A stretch of 46,473 nt of DNA, counting the filler, from Jimgerdemannia flammicorona (lineage: Eukaryota), in the NCBI GenBank assembly GCA_003990765.1. It is 2 parts of 2 records of this genome, joined end to end, with 100 filler letters (N's around TTAATTAATTAA, not from the genome) between each part and the next. Parts side by side here need not be neighbours in the genome. Positions count along the whole stretch, not along the records: positions 1 to 23,190 come from RBNJ01001140.1; 1 more part is not named here. The stretch is one strand, 5' to 3'. The position numbers and the translations under genes were made by a program. Below, piece by piece: positions 1 through 12,639 of this stretch (within the stretch, counting starts at the first letter, position 1; each line of letters opens with the position of its first letter). The notes below the pieces were generated by a model. It was given only the letters and a program-made list of their open reading frames with translations. It made no database searches and was not told the DNA's origin.

Positions 1-3000
1 AAGACCACTCTGTCAAACACTATCCCCACCCTCCCACCACTCTGCTCACAGATCTTTATCACCAAACCATGATATCATTCCCCCTGAGAACCTCAACCCA
101 CCCACCATCCAGTCAGCAGATCCCCCACCAGCTCCTTCCACCTTAACACCTTCTCACGCAGCCCCAATCGCTGCCCCTCCTCAAATACAAAAAGCCAATG
201 TCCTGCCAGTCCCACCTATACTGCTAACACCCATTCTACAGTGAGCCAACTATCCCCCACCCCACTCACAAGCTGAGATCTTAAGTCCTCCCAGCGAGCC
301 CCCTCCCCCACCAGCCAATGCCTCACACTCAGTCTATCCCCTATTTCAGCCCAAAATTCCCCCAAGACCTCACACTCTCCCAGCCAATGTTCTGGCATCT
401 ATATATGACCCCCAGCTTGCCCAACATCATAACACTCCTCACAGTCAAATTGTCCACCCTCTACTAAATGTCCCGAGTGGAAATTCAGCATGACAATCCT
501 CCACAATATTCGCCACCATACTACCCAGAACTTGGGAGGAAGCCACCTCTATACCTCTGCACTCTAAGACCAGATGCCTGCCCAGTCCCACTCCTCTCCG
601 ATTCCAACCGCCTGCCAGCTACCTGGCCAAAGATCCTGGCCAAGCCCCTGCTGACACTCCACTCCCTCCCCAATATCAAACGCAGCCAGTGGAGTGCCCC
701 CCAGGAGCAGTCTATCCCAATGCCACATATTAGGCCCCCACGCCACCTCTCCCTCATTATCTTGCCAGCGCAGGCCAATTCGGTATGCTCCATCAGCCAC
801 TCTCCACCAAAAGCCCCTGAACCACAGCCTCCGAATTCCATTCAGCCCTACCAAAGAGAGCAGATCTCCGGAGAACCCTTGAGGGGACATTCGCATCTCC
901 CATACCTTCTGCAGCAAAGGCACCCAACCTCTGCTCTGCAATTCTACCACTCTCTTCAACCACCAGGCTCTCAAGTAGTGCAGCCTCTTAGGGAAATCTA
1001 CCAGGCCAAGACCTCCCCTGACTACTGGTCTTGCCAGAGTATCCCAACTGACCTGGGACCTCCTCCCCACCCAAATCCAATTCCTAGCCACCTTTGTTAG
1101 CTTCTTCACCACTCATGCTAGGAAGTCAAGGTGATATGCTACATACCACAGCTTTGGGAACCAATATACATTCAGGATTGACACCTGCCCTGCTAGAGAG
1201 ATATGGCGGCCTCTCCATCCTTGAAGGGCCTTCCCCCAACTATTCACCCTGCCCTCCCACCACACTCATGGCAAGACAGAACCATATACAGAGAGGAAGA
1301 TGCCCAGATACCACACTACCTCACCAGTAGGGACAATTGTTCCAATGACATCCCCACCCACTAGCCCATTCCCTAGCACCATTGTCTCACACTTATGCCA
1401 GTTGAGTTTCGCCCCCAAGTGAGCCTCATACCATTCCACAGTCTCCTGAAGTATCTCTACATCTGCTACAGACCTAAGTCCAATCACCATATCATCAGCA
1501 AAGGCCCCCACCTTCCACACTATACCATATATAGAGAGTCCTGTTATCTTCCAGTGAATCCTATCCATCAATGGCTCCAGTAAAAGAGCATAGAGAATTG
1601 GGAATAGAGAGTCCCCCTGAGGTACTCCTCTTCCCAAGGGAAATGCCCTCCTGCAGTGACCATTACACATCAGAGCTGCCTGACTACTTTCCAGCAGACT
1701 CAACATAGAGGTCCTAAATATTGGGGGAATACCAATTTGGTCCAACACCTTTCCCAGCCACACCCACCATACATGGTCATAGGCCTTCTCCTGGTCCAGA
1801 AAGACCAACCTTCCATCCAGTCCACAGGCCCAGGCCCCTTCAATGATACTATGAACCCATGCAGTCCCATCTCTTATTAGCCTGCCCCCAACAAAGCCCC
1901 TCTGCTCTTCCCCCAGCACCTGTTGGGCAACCTTCTGCAGCCTTGCGACAATCACCTTAGTCACCATCTTCCTGTCTATATCCAGAAGCATGATCAGCCT
2001 CCAGTTCTTCCAGTCTTCCCTCCTACCCTTGTCTTTGTACAGTAAGGCCACCAGCCCTAGATCCTGCTCTCCAACCCACTCACCACTCTGAAGGACATGG
2101 TCACAAAGATCAGCCATCTCGCCCAACACTCTGGGGACATTTACCATCTTCTTCCAGAAGTCCCAAGACAATCCATCCTCCCCTGGTGCCATCCCAAGCT
2201 TAGTTGCTGCCAGGATACTCTGGATCTCCTCTCCCTGCACTGGTAAGATCAAGTCCCTCAGTCCAGCAACCTGCAGTGGCCCCCACTCATCTAGTGTATT
2301 CACAATCTCTGCCTCATCTGCACCCCCTTCTCCCTTACTCCACAAATTCTGCCATCTCTCCTTCAAGACCCCCAGGATTTGTTGCGTGCCATGAACCATG
2401 TCTCCATCAGCATCCAGGACCCCATCCCACTGATGACGCACTCTCCTAGCTTAGAAGTCTCAATAAGTACCTAGTAGGCTGCTCACCCTCCTCAAGCTCC
2501 TGCCACCGCAGCCTAGCAGCCATGCCCCGTATATGGGTCTCCTCCTCTTCCTTCAGCATCTGTTGTAGTTCCACTATCTCCAATTTCACCCTCTCTATCC
2601 TCCAATTCTCCACCTCTACAACAGTGAGCAAATCTGCCCAATCTATTTATAGTCTCCTCAGCCTGCTGGAAGCACACCTTGTGCACCTCCTTCTCCGCCT
2701 CCCAGCCTCTCTACTAGCCTCTCCCCAATAAACCCTCACAGCCTCTTTCAATCTCATCCAGCGGACAGCCACAGGCAAACCCTCATGCTTCCAGATAAAA
2801 ACTTTTGCCTAAATGTCCTCTACCCACAGTTCCCACAGCCCCTTCTCAGCCAGCAGGGAGGAGTTAAGGCGCCAATGTCCGGGTCCATCTCCACTCCCCC
2901 CAAACTGCCCCTGCCCCAACAGTCCCCAGTGATCAGACCATGGGCACCACTCCACTTCCAATGCCTTCCAAACATCCGAACCCCAGCACTCTGCTGTCAG

Positions 3001-3609
3001 AATCCAGTCAATTCTTGTGCTCAGGCTATTCACCCAATGCATGTAAACTCTGGTGTCACCCCACCTCATTCTGCCCATATCCCCCAAGGAGCTCAATGTC
3101 TCTACCTCCTCCCATGCATCCAGACCTCCACTTCTACCCCCGGCACTCCTCCCTCTATCAGTTCTGTCCAGACGCTGATCCCGAACCATATTAAAGTCCC
3201 CACCAAGAACATCGACCCCTTCCTCCAAGAGAATACCCTCCTCCAGCAATCCCCTAATCCATGCAGTCCTCTCACCCCTAGCCACAGGGCAGTAGCAAGA
3301 GCCCACCTTCACCAATTCCCACCCTGGCTGATGCCAATCTCCCCAGACCAAGCGATTACCCCAGCTCCTGATTCCCCCCAAGTCTCCTCTGCCCTTCCTC
3401 ACCAGAATTGCTACCTTTCCAAACCAAGCAGCAGCCCCCCCCCATTCCCTAGTCCACTCTACCTGATCATCCTCATCCTTACATCGAACATCCTGCAATA
3501 AAAAGAGATCAGCCTCCAATCTCTTGAGCTAAGTAAAAATGTTCCTACACCACCCAGAGCCCCTCAGCCCATTTACATTCAAGGAAAAAATGTTGGTTGT
3601 ACTATTCAT
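1..3609 (-). pseudogene. LINE ORF2: APE endonuclease, reverse transcriptase and C-terminal CCHC
   Basis: Starts MNSTTNIFSLNVNGLRG at 3609. EN motifs GGDFN, RIDWIL and SDH. RT motifs APGEDG, FLDQEKAYD, GVPQGDSL and FADD (1491-1502), then GGLGL and CEEC..H..C near 370-445. Several stops and frameshifts. Confidence 0.93.
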
Positions 3610-3641
3610 AAAGAATAATGATATATATCAGGGCCCATTCT

Positions 3642-5671
3642 CTATAAGTCGGCATCCTGCCTCTCCTGCACCAAGTCCAAGTTAAGTTCAGCAGCCAGTT
3701 CCCTCTCCCCAGCTTTTCGTGCCTCCAACTCTCCCAGAAGTTCTACCATTGCCCCATCCTCACGCTCCTCAAAATCCTTGCAATACTCCAGACAGGCCTC
3801 CTGCCAGAGCCACAGACCATGACACTCTGCCCAACAGTAGTCTGCCCACTCACCAGTGACCACCCCCAGCTCTGCCTTCCTCACCTTGTCAACCTCATAT
3901 CCCTCCTCCTCCAGCAAATCACCAGAATCTCCACCTTCAGTGCCTCTACCATTCCATCACCATGCAGGATTCTTGCCCAATGCTCCTCAGGCATCGCCTG
4001 CAGGTCTACCTCCCCCAATGCTTCTGCTGCGAGGTTATCTATCACCTTGCATACCCACAACAAGTTCCCCACCTCCTTCCCTCCCAGGGTCCCCAGACGC
4101 CCTGCATCCAATATTGTAGTGTTAGCTCCTACACTAGCAGCCTCATCCCACTCCTCCTCAGGGACATCCACCAGCTCATCCTCGCCAACTGCCACCACCT
4201 GACCCCCTTGAGCCACATCAGGGACCCCAAAGTGCACCTGCTGGGCCCCCTGCATCCATGTATCCTCCGTCATCCCTCTCTTCCCCACTGGGCCCCTCCT
4301 GATAAGTGAGGGGGTGGCATCCAACTCCGGCTCCCACACTTCAAAGGTACCATCAGCAAATGAGTCCTTGTCCAGCCCCTTCCCAGCCCCTGCCTCCTTT
4401 GCCTCTATCTTCTCTCCTCCTTTACCAGCCCAGACACTGGCCTCAGTGCCTCCAGACTCCTCAGCTTCACCCGACTTCTTCTTCCCCCCACCTGTCATAC
4501 TTGCCAACAGCTCCTTCTGCCTCTTGCATCCCTGGGCCCACTCCCACTACTTCTTATCCATATGGATATGCCTCCTGCCCACAACCTCCAGATGTGTCGA
4601 CTCCTCATACAGTTTCCAGGCCTTCGCCCTCCTCTCCACAGCACCACCCAACTCCTCCAGTATCTCAAACAAGTCCTCCTCCTCCTCTTTGCTCCCCTTC
4701 ACCCTCAACACCTTGCAGATGACAGCCCCCCACATCAGCACTGAGGGCCAGTCACTCATCTTCCCTGTGGCCTCCTTCCCTGCCAACCGAATCCTAACAT
4801 CGACGTCGCCCATCCTGATAGTTATCCCCTCCCACAACTGAAAGCCAATATCCACCACATCTCCATACTCTACCATTACCTCCTCCACCCTCCTCCTAGT
4901 CTCCTCCTTAGTCACTGTGGGCACCCCCCTCATCAGAAGCTGCACCACCCTAGGGTCCCACCTTAAGCACCTCACTATAGGGACCACCACCTCCCCAACC
5001 ACCACTCTTGTCTTCATGGTCTCGTCCAGTAGGCCTGCCTCCTCAAAGCCCACCTCACCCCCCTCCAGGCCCTTCAAGAACTTCATTGAGGCTGCACCAG
5101 CCACCTGCCTCGAGATAAGCCCCAGGACCATCCTTGCCGTCACCACCAAGCCCTGGAAGCACAAGGTAGCCACGAACTCTGAGATTGACTTCTTGAGCAA
5201 TAGGGCCACTGCCAGTCCCGTTACACCATCAGCCAGGTCCCCCTTCTACATTGGGAACCCCTGCCCCCCCTGGCCATCAGCCATCACATCTCTTTTTTTT
5301 TTCTGATTTACCGTCACACTACCATCAGCAGTCCTGCCACTACCCCCAGCCACTACTCCACTCCCCCCACCTCCCACCAGCGAAGGCTCAGCTCCCCCAG
5401 TATTGCTAACCTTCTGCTTCCCCTTTCCTCCTGCCTGTCCACTGCGGGCACCCCTTGGCCAACCCCCAGCCTTAAGTGCATCTGCAAAGCTCCCTCCCTG
5501 CTGCCCTCCAGCCCCTCCACCAGTGCCTCCTCCACCCCCCAAGCTGCCCTGTCCACTCGATCCACCGAAAGACCTCATCCCCAGTCCATACCCTCTCCCA
5601 ACATGCTGCCAGTTGAAGGCCCCAGGTCCACCCAACCTAGGACATGCATCAGCTTGCTTGCTGGTTGACAT
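3642..5671 (-). pseudogene. LINE ORF1 (Gly-rich N-terminus, RRM-like central domain, acidic C-terminus)
   Basis: Consecutive minus-strand ORF pieces upstream of ORF2. The segment VVQLLMRGVP..EYGDVVDI..GDVDVRIRL is RRM-like and is conserved in copy B (40528-40839). Confidence 0.75.
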
Positions 5672-5766
5672 CTCCTTAATATCTTTCTCCAATAAACGAT
5701 TTGAAAGTGTGTTGTAAAGTGTGTGTAATGTGAATTGTAGCAGAGAGAGATGAAGTAAACCCATTG

Positions 5767-6110
5767 CACAAACTACTCTTAAGTAAATCTACTCCTCGTT
5801 AGGTCCCACTCCTAACCCCATCATGAAATTTCCTAATTGGGTATTGTCTGCAGCAATATGCCAATTCAACTAAGCTAGTCTTAGTTTCTTGAACTTCCTG
5901 AAATACAGAAAATCCTGAACATCCAGAACTAGTCCAAAAAAGGACTTTGGTTGAAATGTCAATCTGATCTTGAAATCAATAAGTATAGAGGATATACTCT
6001 ATATGAAATTGGTCTTGACCATAAGAAAATAGTCTTCTAGAATATCCAGAACTTTCAGAAAACTCTTCCAGAACTACATAATGGTTACCCTAAAAAGCAA
6101 CTCTCTTACA
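5767..6110 (+). repeat. Downstream part of the Gypsy-1 5' LTR
   Basis: Matches about 15622-15965 and 17371-17713. Ends CTCTTACA. Confidence 0.92.
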
Positions 6111-6113
6111 ACT

Positions 6114-6125
6114 TGGTAGCAGTGG
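6114..6125 (+). promoter_or_regulatory. Primer-binding site-like motif (possibly tRNA-iMet)
   Basis: TGGTAGCAGTGG, 3 nt after the LTR end. Resembles the TGGTAGCAG-type initiator-Met PBS. Confidence 0.65.
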
Positions 6126-6180
6126 TTTATAATCCAATTCCACTTTAAGATATTTCCTCACCCAACTACAAAACCCCTCT

Positions 6181-8069
6181 ATGAATTCCTACAAATTAGT
6201 ATAAAGCCCAACCTCTGAACTGGAATTTATCCTGAACTATCTGACAATCTGGAGAGAATTGAACCTGATGTATAAGGACAATTTGATCTCTACACCTGCA
6301 ACAAGTGGGATAAACTTCATTCAAAGAAAGAAATACTCCAGTTAAATCTGCAAATAGGTAAAACCCTATTCACCAAACTTCTTGCTCTATACCCAGTAAG
6401 TCAAGATGAAAAAGGTCTTATAGAAGCCTTCTTTACCCTTCTCAATAAGAGTTTTGTCAGCTCCATAAATCCAAGCGACCTAGGACAACCAGCAGCAGTC
6501 TTTCTAGCCTTAGTCCCTTATGAAGCCCAAGTCTCTGTAGTCAAGTGGCTCAACTCTACCAACTTTCACCACACTAGGACTAAGACCACATTATACTACT
6601 GATTCCAGAACAGCAAGGCCTGCCATATTCTTAAAGAAGAAGTAAGAGAAACCCTTCATCAACTATCTGACCCTGAACCAGAAGCAGGCCCAGCTATAAC
6701 ACTATCTGAATCAGAAATCAATACCAAACCAGAACTTGACTTTGAATTAAGTCCATCCGAAATCAGATATACAACTGATTCTGTCTACTTTGATGCTGAG
6801 CAAACCCAACTACATGAAGATCAAACCAAAGAGGAGGAGGAGTATCTCAGTAAATTTGATCCCAGATATACCACTGAAGGAGATGTACCTCTATCAGGAC
6901 AAAATACACCAATATAGTAACAGACAGCTATCTATCAAGCCCTTACTCCAGATCTACAACTATTACTCCAGCAACTTACACAGACTCAAAGAACTCCATC
7001 ACACTCTACACCAGTACCTCAGGTAGTACTAGTAACACCACTACCAGTAGTCTAACCACCTCCAGTAAACAATATAGCAAACCAATAGATTCTAGATCTC
7101 ACAGCCCAGGTAGCCATAATGGCAGCAACCATTACTGCCTTAGCTAAACAGACCCAACCTACCAAAAATCTGAGCCTACCTACCTTTAATGGTACTACAT
7201 AAGAAGTCCAAAGCTTCATTAGTATAGTTGATATCAACTTTGAAGCCAATCAATGAATAAATGAGCAAGTTGCCAACTGCCTTCTGATAAACAATTAAGA
7301 CCACACTCTGGAACAACTCTTTGCTACTACTACAGTCTATATCTGCTGAGTTGTTATATTCTTCCAAGGACCTGCTGAAGAATGGTGGCAAACCCTTCCT
7401 GAAAAACTCCTCACATGTGACACCCGACCTGCAGTAATTGCTCAGAATGCAGTGAATAATACCCCAGGATATAGAGTACATCCTGCAGCCCCTGGACTCA
7501 AACAACTCATGATTGCCCAATACCACAGTGAAACTATGATTGCTGAATCTCGAGTAAAACTCCACAACCTCAAATTTAATATATATGGCAAAGAAGAATT
7601 CAAAACCTTCTGTATAAAACTCGAGTTACTCCTGAACACTGTTGGCCTAGGATATATTGCCAATGATGAAGCACAAAATGGTATTAGAGCAGATCATTTA
7701 TTTGATGCCCTGCCTGAATGGCTTACTAGAAAAATCCATAAATAAGGCCATCCAGTTGGTTGTAATCACCAACAATAGTGCCTAGTAAGAATCAAGACCA
7801 TAGTCAAGCAAATTCTAACAGCTGGACCAATTCTGCCCCAAAGATAATTCAATAACAAGGAAAAGACTTGGACTAAGAAAGAAGAACCCAAGCATGAGGT
7901 ATCCCGAGCTCCCTCCACCTCCACCTCATAGACACCCAGAAATCATGAACCCACCCAGCCGAGTACCTTTAAGAAACTCACCAAAGGAGAAAGAAATGAA
8001 CTTTGAAGAAGCAGAGCATGCTTCTATTGCCGAAAGACAGGACACATAGCCAGTGCCTGCCCCAACTAA
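6181..8069 (+). pseudogene. gag: Gypsy-1 gag with zinc knuckle (start approximate)
   Basis: Capsid-like segment (LSLPTFNG...) near 7170 and knuckle CFYCRKTGHIASAC at about 8018-8060. Many nonsense changes. Confidence 0.8.
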
Positions 8070-8138
8070 AAACCCCAAACAGCAATATGAGCAACCATTA
8101 CTACTCTGCACCACCTTAATAATCTGACTACTAGAACA

Positions 8139-8549
8139 CTAGATTTTGTCAAGCTAAGACAAACTGTCAAGGCCCCAATCAAAGGAAGTCAAAAATCAGC
8201 TGGATATGACCTGTATGCAGCAAAAGAAGCTACAGTTTCCAATCGAGAAGTCAAGCAAGTCTACACAGGAATCAGTATCCAAATCCCTGAAGGACATGTT
8301 GAAAGAATATGTTATTGCAGCAGCCTAGCATTGAAAGGACTCTCAGTAGAAGGAGGAGTCATTGACAAAGATTACACAGGCGAAATTATTGTCCTCATCT
8401 GAAACCATAGTTGGATACTCTTTAAGATCCCTATAGATTTCTGCATTACCCAGATCCTATTTGAAAAAATCAAGTCAACCCTGATAGTCAAAGAAGTCCC
8501 TGAACTACTGCCCATCATCCAAGAATCCAAAGGATTTGGCTCATTAAAC
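8139..8549 (+). pseudogene. Trimeric dUTPase domain between the gag knuckle and the protease
   Basis: Hand translation gives SAGYDLYA, xSSLALKG, GGVIDKDYTGEI, ITQILF and KGFGS, corresponding to dUTPase motifs I-V. Confidence 0.93.
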
Positions 8550-8769
8550 AAGGCCCTAGCCCAACCTACTGTGAACAAAGAAGAATAATTCTACAAGAAA
8601 ATCGAAGATGAATATGTACCAAGTGGCTGATGCCTCCATGGTATTAGAATGTACTCATCCTGAATGATTGATGATTGCTTCTCTTGTATCAATGAATTGG
8701 CTCAAAGAAGAACCAATAGAAGGAAAGCTCCTACAACTGAAATTACCACTATTGGATTAGACAAACTAC

Positions 8770-11700
8770 TTACACTCCAAGCTTTTGTCAACCGAGCACC
8801 TGTTAAGATTATGATAGATATGTAGTGGTGTCTCAGGCAACTTCATCAATGAAGAAACAGCCAACAGACTCAAGGTCTTCACCTCTCTGGTACAACAAAC
8901 CCAAGCAGTTGCCACAGCTGATGGAACCTCACATGTTATCAACAAAGAAGTCCGCAACCTACCCTTCTGAATTGGCAACTACCAAGTACATATTACTCTC
9001 CAAATTGTACCACTTCCTGACAATGAGATCATCCTTGGAACCCCATGGTTAAAACAAGAGAACCCTATGATTGATTGGGTAAACTACTCTCTGACCATCA
9101 AGAAAGGATGCTACGACTTCAAACTGCAGGGTAAAAAGGACCCACTTAGTCCTAGTGACCCTAGACCAAAGATCACCCATATTAATAAACTACAACTCAA
9201 GAAATTGGCCAAGAAATGCCCTCTCCTTGTCATCTCCATTCACCCATCTAAAGGAGAACCTGAGAACTCTGAAGAAGACTTTTCCAAAGTTGACAGCCAT
9301 GTCAGACCACTACTTCAGAAATTCTGAGACATATTTCCAAAGAAGCTTCCAAAAGGTCTACCTCCTAAATGAGCAGTAGACCATACTATTAAGACTATTC
9401 CAGATGCCAAGCCAGCCTTTAAGTCAATCTATCACATGTTGCCAAGAGAAATCAATGCACTCAAGAAAGAAATTGACAAACTCCTAGAACAAGGATTCAT
9501 CAGACCCAGTATATCACCCTATGGTGCACCAGTCCTCTTTGTTGTCAAAAAAGGAGGAGACCTGTGAATGTACATTGATTACCATGACCTCAACAAACAG
9601 ACCATCAAGAACTGTTACCCACTATCCAGAATTGATAAAATATTCGATAGTCTTACCAACTCACAATTCATGAGCTCTTTTGACCTGTAAAATAATTATT
9701 AGCAAATTGCCATGAAAGAAGAAGATATCTACAAGACAGCCTTCCAAACTCACTATGGATATTTCGAATTTCTGGTTATGCCCTTTGGCTTAACCAATAC
9801 TCCTGCAATCTTCCAGACCCTGATAAATACTAACCTGCACCCATATCTGGACAAATTTGTTGTTGTCTACATTGACAACATCCTAGTCTTCAGCAAAACC
9901 CTGGAGGAACATCTTAAACACCTTGAGCTAGTACTACTGAAACTCCAAGAAAACTAACTCTTTGCAAAACTCAGCAAGTGTAAATTTCTCCTGAAGGAAA
10001 TCCAATTTCTTGGACACATTGTCACACCCAATAGAATCAAAGTGGACTCCAGTAAAATCTCTACAATCAAGGATTGGCCCAGACCCAAGAAGCTAAAGGA
10101 CCTCTAGTTATTCCTGAGATTAGCAAATTATTACAGATGATTTGTTGCCAACTTTGCCAAAATTGCTACTACCCTCACCCAAATGGCCAAGTACAGCAAG
10201 AAAGAAGAACAGCCCTGGACCATAAAACAAGAAAAAGACTTCAACAATCTTATAAATTGGGGACTCAAACAAGATACAGCCTTTCAAGCACTGAAAGATA
10301 CCTTGATTACCACTCCAGTACTTCAGGTGGCAAATCCTGCCCTGCCATATGAAGTCACTACTGATGCCTCTGACCTAGTTCTTAGAGCAGTGCTCATGCA
10401 AGAAGGACACTCTGTGGCCTATCATTCCTGCAAGTTCAATGATGCTGAAATCAACTATGCAACTCATGAGAAGGAAATGTTAGCCATCATAGACACTCTG
10501 ATCAAATGGCAACTATATCTAGAAGGAGTATACTTCACCATATTGACTGACCACAAGTCATTAGTCAACATCAAGACACAGGCTACCCTTTCTCGAAAGC
10601 AAGTCAGATGAATGAAAGTTCTCACCAACTTTGACTATGAAATCCAGTATCGCCCTAGTAAGGAAAATATTATTGCTGATGCAATCTCCAGACCACTAAT
10701 TGAAGAAGTTATCCAAACCCTCACCTTGGTTACAAACTCTATTATGGAACAAATTATTGCAGCATGTGCTGATGATAAAGAAGCTCAAGCACTCTAAGAA
10801 ATTTTGAAATATAATGATACTGACAAGCATACCCAGTACAATTAATACCAACTTAAGAATAATACTATCTACTATAAGGACAGACTGTATGTCCCAAATA
10901 ACTGAGACCTCTGAAGGACTATCCTATTCAAATATCATGATGCCCCTACAGCTGGACATTTAGGATTCAATAAATGCTATGAAGTTATCTCTCAAAACTT
11001 CTATTGGTCCCACATGGCAGATCAGCTAAAGACCTACATCACTTTCTGTGATGCCTGCCAATGGAACAAGCCCTCAATACTTGAAAAACCTGGCCTACTT
11101 CACCCTATCCCAGTACCATCTGCTAATTGGGAACAAATCTCTATAGACTTCATTGTACAACCACCCTGAACCAAGAATGGGAAAGATGCAATTATTGTCT
11201 TTGTGGACTATCTCAGCAAACAAGCCCACTTTGTACCAACTACCACTACTACAACAGCACCAGACATAGCTATACTCTTGTTCAATAATATCTTCTGCTA
11301 TCATAGTTTTCCCAAGATCATTGTTAGTGACCAAGACCCAAAGTTCACCAGCTATTTTTGGAAAGCCCTCTATGGACACCTTGGAACAAAACTTGCACTA
11401 TCCACAGCCTTTCACCCCGAAACTGATGGCCAAACTGAAAGAATGAACCGAACTCTAGAACAAATGCTAAGGAACTATATTTCCTACAGACAAGATGATT
11501 GGCATGAACACCTCACTGCAGTTGAGTTTGCCTATAACAACAGCAAGCAAGCCTCCCTTGGAATGATTCTATTTTTTGCCAACACTGAACAAAATCCAAA
11601 CACCCCTTTGACACTTATCTGAACTATTGAAGAACCCTCTACAGTTAAAGCTGTTGAAGAATTCTTACTCCAAATGCATAATCTAAGCCAGATTGCAATT

Positions 11701-12210
11701 GAGAATTTATCGTGAGCTCAAGAACAACAGTCACAGTATGTTAACCAACACTGCCGAGAAGAAACCTTTGATATTGGAGAAAAAGTTCTACTGGACATCT
11801 GAGAATACTGAGTTGACAACCTTAAGCACAGACTATCTACAAAGCTGAACAGCAAGTTCATTAGACCATTCATAGTCATTGCATAAGTCTCTCCTACTTC
11901 TTACAAATTGGCACTACCAGACACCATTAGGGTCTATCCAGTCTTTAATGTCCAACATCTCAAGTGATACAATGAAAATGATGATAAGCTATTTCCAAAC
12001 TAGACCACTGAACCACCTGCACCTGTCATAATTAATGATCAAGAAGAATATGAAGTTGAACAAGTTCTCAACAAATGTGGCAATAAGAATCACCTTGAGT
12101 ACCTTGTTAAATGAAAAGGTTACCCAATCTATGATACAACATGGGAACCTAAGACCAATCTCTAGAATGCTACCAACTTAGTTCAGGAATATGATTCCTC
12201 GAACAACTAA
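8770..12210 (+). pseudogene. pol: Gypsy-1 pol: protease, RT, RNase H, integrase, chromodomain
   Basis: MID/SGVSGNFI at 8811. KTAF..MPFGLTN..YIDNI. TDASD..YATHEKEMLAI..TDHKSL. HHCC, IVSDQD, HPETDGQTERMN. Chromodomain EYEVEQVL..YLVK*KGY..TWEP at about 12040-12195. Confidence 0.95.
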
Positions 12211-12626
12211 AAACCAAATATCCAACACCTATCAGTACATACTATATATTACCCTCCTGAACATTATAATTATCACAAGTAAAAAAATCAAGAACTCAGC
12301 AAGTCAAGACAAAGAATACTGACCCTCTGGAAAATAACAAAACTGAAAGCAAGCCTATTCTCCCTGTACCACTGGTGGGAAATGAGGTGTAGACATTTAA
12401 GAAGATTCCTTAGAGGAAATTCTCCAGCAGTGAATGATGTCAGAATCACTTTCAGCACATGGCATTGAACACATGACCCTTTAACATATAAATCCAACAT
12501 GTTAGGCAACTGTACTACGAGCAAGCTACTTTCTGAGAAAAATACACTTCACCAGACTTTTGACCTTCCAAATGATGTAATGACGCTAGAATAAATTAGA
12601 AGGCTCTGATGAGGATGTCGAAAGCT

Positions 12627-12639
12627 AAGAAGGGGAGAG
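12627..12639 (+). promoter_or_regulatory. Polypurine tract of Gypsy-1
   Basis: AAGAAGGGGAGAG directly before the LTR start TGTAAG at 12641. Confidence 0.85.

Larger units (their letters stand above)
1..5766 (-). mobile_element. LINE non-LTR retrotransposon (L1/Tx1-like), copy A, degenerate; 3' end runs off the window; inserted in the 5' LTR of Gypsy-1
   Basis: ORF1 followed by an EN-RT ORF2 on the minus strand. LTR sequence resumes abruptly at 5767. Colinear and homologous with copy B at 39874-45702. Confidence 0.92.

Noticed and set aside
468..5717. Many Pro/Ser-rich plus-strand ORFs (e.g. 468..1100, 2785..3501)
   Set aside because: Antisense shadows of the G-rich LINE coding strand.
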